A stretch of DNA of 14,908 nucleotides from a bacterium (lineage in GTDB: Bacteria; Hinthialibacterota; Hinthialibacteria; Hinthialibacterales; Hinthialibacteraceae). Shown piece by piece: positions 1-7,372 of the stretch. Each line of letters starts with the position of its first letter. The stretch's first letter is position 1. Where the stretch lies: contig CAXXSM010000034.1 of assembly GCA_963663405.2 (NCBI GenBank), forward strand, positions 1-14,908, in the 5' to 3' direction. The notes beneath the pieces are model-generated. The model was not told where the DNA came from and did no database searches. It worked only from the letters and a program-made list of their open reading frames with translations. A program made the translations under genes and the position numbers.

Positions 1-127
1 GATACTGGTCCTGTTTCTTGAACAATGGAGTTTCCAGAAAACCATCGTGAATATCGATACGAACATTGTTCTCCAAGAATTTGTGGGCCTGGGATTCAAA
101 CCGATGATGGATTATACGTTTTTGAAC

Positions 128-403
128 AAGAACCTGTCTTTATGAATTATATTAGGTATAATACAAGATAAATGATATTATTTCAATGTGTTATCAGGAT
201 TGAGGAAAGTTACAATGAATTATCCAAGTGATTTGACTGATAAGGAATGGGAGGCTATCCACTCTCATTTTGAGTATGATAATGGATATGGAAATTGACG
301 AATCCATTCCATACGAGTCATGATTAATGCTATCAATTATATCGCCAAGATGGTGTAACGGACAGTGAGAAGATTTTGTCACTATTCATGAAGACAGGTT
401 CTT
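128..403 (+). mobile_element. Internally deleted IS5-family element (MITE-like remnant) bounded by terminal inverted repeats
   Basis: 128-147 AAGAACCTGTCTTTATGAAT and the reverse complement of 384-403 (AAGAACCTGTCTTCATGAAT) match at 19/20. They enclose a transposase N-terminal fragment. The exact element ends are uncertain by 1-2 bp, and no clean target-site duplication is seen. Confidence 0.85.
215..358 (+). pseudogene. IS5-family transposase N-terminal fragment (DUF4096-like), with an internal stop and truncation
   Basis: GAGGA at 202-206 precedes ATG 215. The frame reads MNYPSDLTDKEWEAIHSHFEYDNGYGN*RIHSIRVMINAINYIAKMV*, matching the IS5-family start YPSDLTDxEW...R.v.NAI.Y. In-frame TGA at 296-298; no DDE domain. 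Confidence 0.85.
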
Positions 404-420
404 AACAGAATAATAGTAGA

Positions 421-1002
421 TCAAAACGCGTTTTCTTGATTGCCGGGTACGTAGCGGATTATGTCTCCCTCAGATAACAATCCATTGGACATATGATACG
501 TGAGCGCGCCGGTGGTTTGGGAGGCGATATCTTCATGTTTGTCGGGTCCGGAACTAACGATTAATATATGCGTCCCCTTGCTCACGGCGTTCCGTACTGG
601 AACGCCTCCCCACGTTTTTCCCTGTAAGAGAACCATGGTATTGATATTCCAGCAAGGGTAAAAATGGGCGTGATATAAAGGTCTTTGCGGATCGTCTTTG
701 ATCACAAATGGATCTTTGGGAATGGACGCGATATAGGCGACTGGCGTTGTCAGGCGTGGATACATTTGGTTGGTATACCACATTTCATCGCCTTTTGGAT
801 AAGAATTGTTATCAATGTTATACATTTCGAAAGCGCTTCCCAGCGTGCGAATATCGGAATAGCATCGAGACACCATAGCCCGTGTGCGTGCATTCATGAA
901 ATTGGGCACAGCGATCGCGGCGAGAATTCCAATGATGGCGACGACGATGAGTAATTCGATAAGTGTAAAGGCATGGTGGGACTTACGAATAAAGTCTTTC
1001 AC
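421..1002 (-). CDS. Prepilin-type N-terminal cleavage/methylation domain protein (type IV pilin / T2SS GspG-like pseudopilin)
   Basis: A|FTLIELLIVVAIIGILAAIAVPNF class III signal with Glu at +5, followed by a GspG-like helix (SDIRTLGSAFEMYNIDNNSYP) and an SSGPD motif. Start moved from TTG 1026 to GTG 1002 because GAGGAGG lies just upstream of the GTG. Confidence 0.9.
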   Translation of the reverse strand: MKDFIRKSHHAFTLIELLIVVAIIGILAAIAVPNFMNARTRAMVSRCYSDIRTLGSAFEMYNIDNNSYPKGDEMWYTNQMYPRLTTPVAYIASIPKDPFVIKDDPQRPLYHAHFYPCWNINTMVLLQGKTWGGVPVRNAVSKGTHILIVSSGPDKHEDIASQTTGALTYHMSNGLLSEGDIIRYVPGNQENAF

Positions 1003-1049
1003 CCGGTAATCCTCCTCTTTTATCAAGCGAATAGCGATCCTATCCCTTC

Positions 1050-1079
1050 ACAATAGAATAAGGCCGTTTGGTTTGTCAA
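1050..1079 (-). promoter_or_regulatory. Putative sigma-70 promoter for the pilin-like gene
   Basis: Minus strand TTGACA (1079-1074), 18 bp spacer, TATTGT (1055-1050), about 50 bp upstream of the GTG start. Confidence 0.5.
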
Positions 1080-1127
1080 GATAATAGGAATGAAAAACGG
1101 CGCCGTAAGCTTGGAGCCCGTCTTTAA

Positions 1128-1826
1128 CTACCGATTGTTGAATGATCTAACAACTAACATTTCGTTCCCACCTTTTTGAAATTCATAGGGAACTTGTCTA
1201 ATGTCAAATATATATCCCTCTGATTCAATTCGTGGTAACACGGTGGATAGATGCTTTGACTTCTTCGCGTCTAAATCCAGGAGCGGAAAGATTCTTGTTT
1301 CCCTCGCCACTCTACATAATTCCTTGATCGATTCGATATGGAACTGTTCGGAGAGTTGTTCGCTGTACAAAAATAAGAAATGAGAACAAAGGGCGAGTTC
1401 AAACTCCTGATCAATGAAAGAGAGGGAAGGGAGCTGCTCGCATCGATACCGGCCTTCTTGCAAACCATTAGGATAATCAGACAAAAACTCGTTCATTGCG
1501 CGCATCCGGATGGCGCCAAGTTCCTTAACAGAGCGAATTGTATCCCATTTGAAATTTCCTTGATTGTTACGCGCCTGTTCAATAACGGTTTCAAAAGTTT
1601 CATGAATCCGCCGTTCGATCTCTTCTTTTGAGAATTGATAGATTGGATCGATTGATGTGACTTTTCTTTTGTTCCGCGTCATAACGGCGTTAAATGAAGC
1701 GGGACCATCTCCACAACCCAGAATCATTTTCTCCAGATCCTCCTGAGAAAGAGAAAACATACTCTTATATTCATCAGACGAACGTCCCCAAGGAACGACA
1801 TCGGTCAGTTTAAATCCCATTCTCAT
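1128..1826 (-). CDS. Class I SAM-dependent methyltransferase family protein
   Basis: Motif I-like ILGCGDGPASF, acidic end of strand 2 (SIDP), LPSLSFIDQEFELALCSHFLFLY post-II motif, and N-terminal VVPWGRS..EY..MF. The start could be ATG 1820. Confidence 0.85.
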   Translation of the reverse strand: MRMGFKLTDVVPWGRSSDEYKSMFSLSQEDLEKMILGCGDGPASFNAVMTRNKRKVTSIDPIYQFSKEEIERRIHETFETVIEQARNNQGNFKWDTIRSVKELGAIRMRAMNEFLSDYPNGLQEGRYRCEQLPSLSFIDQEFELALCSHFLFLYSEQLSEQFHIESIKELCRVARETRIFPLLDLDAKKSKHLSTVLPRIESEGYIFDIRQVPYEFQKGGNEMLVVRSFNNR

Positions 1827-1923
1827 TTCTCACTCTAATAAAAATATAGACTTTTTGTAGAATAATATACAAAATTTAACATTTATGCAATAAGCGCTTA
1901 CTGGGAAACACATTTTATTGAAA

Positions 1924-1982
1924 ATTACATAAACATTACAAAAATATTAAATTTCTGTTAGGTGTAATTAACACGATTGACA
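1924..1982 (+). promoter_or_regulatory. 11-bp-phased direct repeats followed by TTGACA; candidate OmpR/PhoB-family binding site
   Basis: ATTACA (1924), ATTACA (1935), ATTAAA (1946), GTTAGG (1957), TTAACA (1968), then TTGACA at 1977-1982. Lies in the AT-rich divergent intergenic region. The -10 element is poorly defined. Confidence 0.4.
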
Positions 1983-2067
1983 AGAGATTTTAATGATTTT
2001 TAAATAATTCTATAGCATTATATTCTTTTCAGCCTTTTAAATCTCTATTTGCCTCTCTCAAAACACT

Positions 2068-2826
2068 ATGTTTGGCAAAACAAACAAAAATACTAGTATC
2101 GTTTTATTCCTAATATTGATTCTGGTGATCGGCGCATTTGGGGCGAAAATGTTGACTCCTCAATGGGCGTTTCAGCGGACACTTTCACTGGACGATATCC
2201 CTGCGGCGGCGCGAAAAACTATTGTCTCAAAAACGCTTGGTGGAACGATACAATCCATTCATCTTGATCTTCATGAAGGCTGTGTCCAATATATTGTGAA
2301 TACGCAAACAGAAGAGAAGCCACGGCGCTTCGCTGTTTCTTATAAAGGTCATTATATAGACCTAGATGACACAACGAATGACGAGATCGGACGTCATGCG
2401 GATTCCCAAATCCTGCCCCCGGCGGTCAGTGACGCGTTGAACCAATACCTCGGATCGTCAATGGACGTTCAATGCAAGATAAATAATGGAGTTTCTCTTT
2501 ATGCGATTACATTTTTAAACACAGATCCACAACAAACCATCACAATATCAGATGATGGGCAAATCGTTGATATTCAGGAACAAATACGCAAAAAGAATCT
2601 TCCATACACGATACGATCGTATCTCGACCGGACCTATCCCAATGCGGTTATTCATCAGAGTCAGCGTGTGCAAAGCTGCATGTACAAGTTCGATTTATCC
2701 TGGGAGAATCAATCTATCCAACTGACCATGGCCCCAAATGGTTTTGTCCATGAAATCCAATCCAATGATAAAAAAGAGAATTCTGAATCATTGGCAATCA
2801 AAAATGAATCGCAAGGTGAGTTCTAA
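2068..2826 (+). CDS. Membrane-anchored/exported protein with PepSY-like (BLIP-like) repeats
   Basis: N-terminal hydrophobic segment. Three repeats begin DIPAAARKTI, ILPPAVSDAL and NLPYTIRSYLDRTYPNAVI, and each ends in a beta-hairpin with xG (SYKGH, SDDGQ, APNGF). Confidence 0.7.
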   Translation: MFGKTNKNTSIVLFLILILVIGAFGAKMLTPQWAFQRTLSLDDIPAAARKTIVSKTLGGTIQSIHLDLHEGCVQYIVNTQTEEKPRRFAVSYKGHYIDLDDTTNDEIGRHADSQILPPAVSDALNQYLGSSMDVQCKINNGVSLYAITFLNTDPQQTITISDDGQIVDIQEQIRKKNLPYTIRSYLDRTYPNAVIHQSQRVQSCMYKFDLSWENQSIQLTMAPNGFVHEIQSNDKKENSESLAIKNESQGEF

Positions 2827-2841
2827 TAAGATTGAATTAAT

Positions 2842-4371
2842 ATGATTTTATCCGGAGGTTACAAATGTGGATTTTGGCTGCTCTTTTGGGGTGGTTTCAT
2901 CTTCCGGCTTCTTTATATTGCGTCCGATATCACAGAATTAGCGCCCGACGAATCTTATTATTGGCAATGGTCACGGAACCTTGATTGGGCGTATTACAGT
3001 AAAGGCCCTCTAGTCGCATGGTTGATTCGTGCAGGAACGATGATTGGAGGGCATACAGAATTTGGAATCCGTCTTCCGACCGTCCTTCTTTCCGCCTATA
3101 CGCTCTGGCTCTCTTCTGTTCTCTATCGCAGACTTTTTCCGGGTGATGACAGAGGATTGTTTCTATTGGCGATTTTTTACAATACTGTGCCGCTTGTGAT
3201 GGTTGGGAGCCTTATCGCAACGATCGATCCTTCTTTATGCGCCGCATGGTTGACATGCGTATGGGGATTGTATCTCGCTGTCCGAGAACAACGTTCATGG
3301 GCATGGTGGCTCGTTGGATTGATTTTCGGTGTGGGAATCCTCGCGAAATACACGATGCTTCTATTCCCATTCACTCTTTTCGCGTATCTACTGTTCTCGC
3401 CCTCCCATCGTATCTGGTTGAAACGTCCCCACCCCTATTTAGCCACACTTGGTGGTTTACTCTTTTTGATACCTATCCTTATTTGGAACGTTCAGCACGA
3501 TTGGGCTACGGTGAGCCACAATCTAAGTTTAGGTCGCTTTTCTCAAAGTCCATCATTGATAAAGATCCTCTCTCATTATGTTGAATTGATTTTGGCGCAG
3601 GCCGCTGTCGCGTCTCCTTTGTTGTTCATCGTTCTTGTCTGGGGACTCGTCGTTCACTTGCGCCGGGCCTGGCGAGAAGAAGAGAACCACGCGCCGCTTC
3701 TTATCGTCTGTTCTTGTATGCCTGTGATTTTTTTTTATTTTTTAATTACGATTAAACGCGTCATCATTCCCAACTGGCTGGCGTTGATGTATCCCTTTGC
3801 GATTTTAGCCGCGGCGCAGGTATGGTCCCAACGCTTGAGACAATCGAAGGGAGTCTGGTTGTTTTGGCTGGGAGCCGCTCTGGGAGCCATGATGTGTTTT
3901 CTCGTCATTTTTTCTGAGACGCTCTATATTCTCCATCTTCCTAACGCCCATCGATGGGATCCTGCGGCGCGGTTAAAGGGATGGTCCTCCTTCGCGCAGT
4001 TGGCGTTAGAAAACGCGCAAACAATGCCGGAGGATGTTCCACTCTTTTATCTAGGCAAGCGGTATCAAACCGCGAGCGAATTGGCGTTTTATCTCCCAGA
4101 TCAGCCGAAGACGTACTGCATATTCTACGATCCGCCTGAAAATCAATACAATCTTTGGAAAGGATCAGAGAATCTAATTGGACACAACGCTATTTTCATG
4201 ATGTGCATGAAAGATCAAGAGCGCATGATATTACCGCCTCAAGTTGAGAATGCGTTTGAAAGAATCGAGCGGGGTTCCGCAAACGTGGAAGCCCGGAATG
4301 GTTTTTCCGTCAGGTATCAGCAAGCCTGGCGCTGTTATTCGTTTAAAGGATGGTCAACGCCAGAAGAATGA
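2842..4371 (+). CDS. ArnT/PMT-family (GT39/GT83, GT-C fold) polyprenyl-phosphate-sugar-dependent glycosyltransferase
   Basis: APDESYYWQWSRNLDWAYYSKGPLVAWLI in the first external loop, EFGIRLP, GILAKYT, PILIWN, many TM segments and a soluble C-terminal domain. Confidence 0.9.
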   Translation: MILSGGYKCGFWLLFWGGFIFRLLYIASDITELAPDESYYWQWSRNLDWAYYSKGPLVAWLIRAGTMIGGHTEFGIRLPTVLLSAYTLWLSSVLYRRLFPGDDRGLFLLAIFYNTVPLVMVGSLIATIDPSLCAAWLTCVWGLYLAVREQRSWAWWLVGLIFGVGILAKYTMLLFPFTLFAYLLFSPSHRIWLKRPHPYLATLGGLLFLIPILIWNVQHDWATVSHNLSLGRFSQSPSLIKILSHYVELILAQAAVASPLLFIVLVWGLVVHLRRAWREEENHAPLLIVCSCMPVIFFYFLITIKRVIIPNWLALMYPFAILAAAQVWSQRLRQSKGVWLFWLGAALGAMMCFLVIFSETLYILHLPNAHRWDPAARLKGWSSFAQLALENAQTMPEDVPLFYLGKRYQTASELAFYLPDQPKTYCIFYDPPENQYNLWKGSENLIGHNAIFMMCMKDQERMILPPQVENAFERIERGSANVEARNGFSVRYQQAWRCYSFKGWSTPEE

Positions 4372-5981
4372 GTTCTACTCAAAACGACTCAAATCAATTA
4401 TCTGTGAATACGAATAGAATCCCATTATGGGCGATTCATGGGATAGTTTTAGCCGGATTGATTCTTTTTGATGGTCCATTATTCATCCATTTTCATAAGA
4501 TCTTTGATTGGATGTCCGCTCAATCTTTCGTTATCTTTCGAGAGTTGACCAAGATTCGTCATTGGGAATTTGTGAAAGAATTCGGATCGGTTTGGATTGC
4601 TGTAATCGTATGGGTCTTTTTATGGGAGTACGACAAGAAAAAACGGAAGTATCTCGTTCCATTTCTATGTTCCTTGGCGGCGACAACGGTCATTTATTTT
4701 CTTCTGCAACGCATCGTTGGAAAAATCAGACCCCCGATCAACAATGGAATCCCTTTTTATTATCCGTTTGGTTTGGGATGGAATATCGACAATGGTTTAT
4801 CTTTCCCATCCGGTCATGCGACATTCACCTTCTGTTTCGCTTCGCTTCTCAGTTATCTGTATCCTAAACGAAGAATGCTTTTTATTATCCTTGCGTCTCT
4901 ATGCGCGCTTTCACGGGTAGTGAATCAAGCGCATTTCTTTTCGGATGTATACGCGGGATTTTTAATCGGGTATTACGTGACCAAGATGATTTTGAAAAGA
5001 GTGGATGCAACGAATGAGTCTTCTGTCGTTGCTGATCCAGATCTATCCGGTCTGTTATCCATACCAGCGCATCAATTCCAACCGGTTGCGGCGCATGGAC
5101 TTACGCTCGTAAATCGAGAATGTGATCCTCCTGCTCTATCCGTCGTGATACCTATTAAAAATGAAGAAGAGAATATTAAACCGCTGGCGTTGGAAATTGA
5201 AGAGGCTCTTTCTACAACGGGATGGTCTTATGAAGTTGTATGGATTAATGATGGGTCCGGAGACAACAGCGCGTCGATATTGGATCGCTTAAGTCATAAG
5301 AGTCCGATTCATCGAGCGATCCATTTTTCTGAAAATAAAGGACAATCAGCGGCTTTATGGATTGGATTTCAGCAAAGCCGGGGCGCCATTATCGCCACTT
5401 TGGATGGTGATGGGCAAAACGATCCAGCCGATCTACCTTCGTTGGTTCAACAAATTTTGGATGGAACCACTGATATGGCTAATGGATACCGCCATCACCG
5501 TCAAGATCCTCCCCATCGTCTGATCGTGTCCCGGATCGCAAATGCGTTTCGAAATTGGACTACCGGAAGAACGGTTCGAGATGTGGGCTGTTCGACACGG
5601 GCGATGCGCAGCGAATGCGTATTACATCTTCCTCTTTTCAAAGGGATGCATCGTTTTTTACCTACGCTGGTTTCGATGCAAGGATACCGATTATCGGAAA
5701 GCCCCGTTAATCATCGGCCCCGACTGCATGGAAAGACAAAATACTTAATCCAAAATCGACTTTGGATTGGATTTATGGATATCGCGGGTATCGTCTGGCT
5801 TCGAACCCGTGGATTTTATTCGGATATGCCTAAATTCAAATCCCCAAAAGTCGAGGACAACGGTAATGAGACGCATTCATTATGTGAAGATTCTCTCTCT
5901 GCAGGTGAACTTCAACGCGACTCATCCTCCGACAATAATTTGATGTCTCGATCAACTGATATTTCTCGGTTTATACGTTGA
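4368..5981 (+). CDS. Fusion of PAP2-family membrane phosphatase and GT2 polyprenyl-phosphate glycosyltransferase (DPM synthase/ArnC-like)
   Basis: PAP2 motifs RP, SFPSGH and SRVVNQAHFFSD. GT2 motifs LSVVIPIKNEEENI, INDGSGD, GQSAA, LDGDGQNDPAD and MHRFLP. All in one uninterrupted frame. ATG 4368 overlaps the upstream TGA (ATGA), so it is preferred over 4350. Confidence 0.9.
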   Translation: MSSTQNDSNQLSVNTNRIPLWAIHGIVLAGLILFDGPLFIHFHKIFDWMSAQSFVIFRELTKIRHWEFVKEFGSVWIAVIVWVFLWEYDKKKRKYLVPFLCSLAATTVIYFLLQRIVGKIRPPINNGIPFYYPFGLGWNIDNGLSFPSGHATFTFCFASLLSYLYPKRRMLFIILASLCALSRVVNQAHFFSDVYAGFLIGYYVTKMILKRVDATNESSVVADPDLSGLLSIPAHQFQPVAAHGLTLVNRECDPPALSVVIPIKNEEENIKPLALEIEEALSTTGWSYEVVWINDGSGDNSASILDRLSHKSPIHRAIHFSENKGQSAALWIGFQQSRGAIIATLDGDGQNDPADLPSLVQQILDGTTDMANGYRHHRQDPPHRLIVSRIANAFRNWTTGRTVRDVGCSTRAMRSECVLHLPLFKGMHRFLPTLVSMQGYRLSESPVNHRPRLHGKTKYLIQNRLWIGFMDIAGIVWLRTRGFYSDMPKFKSPKVEDNGNETHSLCEDSLSAGELQRDSSSDNNLMSRSTDISRFIR

Positions 5982-7333
5982 GATTGAATATCACGCAGGA
6001 GTTTATATCCATAATATAATGTAGTGATAATGATCGTAAGAAACAGATATGGCCAGATCGAATAAGGCTTGAGTTTAATAGATCGAATCCACCATAGATC
6101 AAAATCCTTAAATCCTACGTAATCAACACTTTCTATAGGTTTGAATAAAAGTTCAAAGAATGAAGGTCGTTCAAGAAACGATTCATGCGCTCCCTGATAA
6201 GCGTATATGCCAGGCCAATTTACGACAATTCCCCATCCAAACGCAATGACGAAAAAGACAATCACCCAAACACGAGGTTTGGAATCAAGCAGCCAGATTC
6301 CAGGAAGCAGCGCAAATGGAAGAAGAAAATAGAGATGACGCGGTCCCCAACAGACGCCACCATGCCACATACTGGATTTACCATATAAGAGGGTATAAAA
6401 TGATAAAATCCCTAAACAAATCAGCCATAAATCTATATACTTATGGCGTTTAGCCGCAAAGAAGGAGAGCGGTAATAACAACGCTAAGGGGGAATAAAAG
6501 ATCAAACCCCGCCGCAGGCCGTAGAGCAATTCCGGAACGCTTATAATCAACGGATAATTAAAGGATAAATCCGCATAATTCTCAATGAAAAAAGTCCCGA
6601 ACCGGATATAATTATGCAGTCCCCATATGATTGCGGCTCCAGCGAGTCCTCCCCAAAAAGCCCCCGCGCGCAATAACCGATCCCGCATGTTCCCCCGCAG
6701 AATCGAGAAGAAACCGAGCGCGCCAAACGCTAGGATCAGATCCTCCCGGATATTGAGACCAAGCGCCACGAGACCTGCGATTGCGAATAGGCTTAGCGCC
6801 GATGGATTCCGTTGGTGATCGATCGTGCGGTCAAGAGTGAGAATCAATACGAGCGCGGAAACTGTAAGCCGGTACAACGTCTGGCTATAGGGCCAGAATG
6901 AAGTACCTATAATCAGTCCCAGCGATAGACTCACAGCCGCATATTTCTCCGCTCCCAATCGCAGGCATAACCGATAAAACAACCAACCTGTTCCCACAGT
7001 TGTTAAAATACTTGTCAAGAGCATTGCGAAGATGTGATGGTTCCCGCAAAACAGTTGTGAATCGGGGAAACAATACTTCAGTCCGGATCCAAGATAATAA
7101 AATGGAACGATAAGCAGGGGAAAGCCGATTCCATAGCGGCTGTAGTATTGACCATCCGGCCCTGGCAGAGTTTGGAACATTGGCCCTAAACTCAATTCTC
7201 CCCGTTCGGCGATGGATTCCACGACCTGGGCGATCAAATTTTCATCGACCGATGAAAGATGGCCGGCGTATGTCAATGACAAAAGACCCAAGAGAAAAAG
7301 GCAGAGATGAAGATCGGTTTTCGTGAAAGGCAT
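5912..7333 (-). CDS. Polytopic membrane protein, probable GT-C fold glycosyltransferase
   Basis: Acidic DE pair after TM1 (SSVDE), YSRYGIG.PLL loop, many TM helices, RGLIFYSP and WHGGVCWGPRHL motifs as seen in uncharacterised GT-C proteins. Confidence 0.65.
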   Translation of the reverse strand: MPFTKTDLHLCLFLLGLLSLTYAGHLSSVDENLIAQVVESIAERGELSLGPMFQTLPGPDGQYYSRYGIGFPLLIVPFYYLGSGLKYCFPDSQLFCGNHHIFAMLLTSILTTVGTGWLFYRLCLRLGAEKYAAVSLSLGLIIGTSFWPYSQTLYRLTVSALVLILTLDRTIDHQRNPSALSLFAIAGLVALGLNIREDLILAFGALGFFSILRGNMRDRLLRAGAFWGGLAGAAIIWGLHNYIRFGTFFIENYADLSFNYPLIISVPELLYGLRRGLIFYSPLALLLPLSFFAAKRHKYIDLWLICLGILSFYTLLYGKSSMWHGGVCWGPRHLYFLLPFALLPGIWLLDSKPRVWVIVFFVIAFGWGIVVNWPGIYAYQGAHESFLERPSFFELLFKPIESVDYVGFKDFDLWWIRSIKLKPYSIWPYLFLTIIITTLYYGYKLLRDIQSQRINREISVDRDIKLLSEDESR

Positions 7334-7372
7334 CAGTGGTGTATATCGTTCCTTCCAGGAGGGAATTGATTG

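Noticed and set aside
1-143. Short open frames at the left edge on both strands (for example minus-strand ...KRIIHHRFESQAHKFLENNVRIDIHDGFLETPLFKKQDQY)
   Set aside because: Possibly a gene fragment truncated by the IS, but several frames are open and none has a recognisable motif, so no call can be made.
194-382. 62 aa minus-strand ORF from the track
   Set aside because: It is the antisense shadow of the transposase fragment.
1891-1900. Perfect palindrome TAAGCGCTTA
   Set aside because: A single 10-bp palindrome is expected by chance in a window this size, and no second copy was noticed.
1977-1990. TTGACAAGAGATTT resembles TTGTCAAGAGATTT at 13959-13972
   Set aside because: Both overlap -35-like hexamers in AT-rich intergenic DNA; two imperfect copies do not support a repeat family or regulon.
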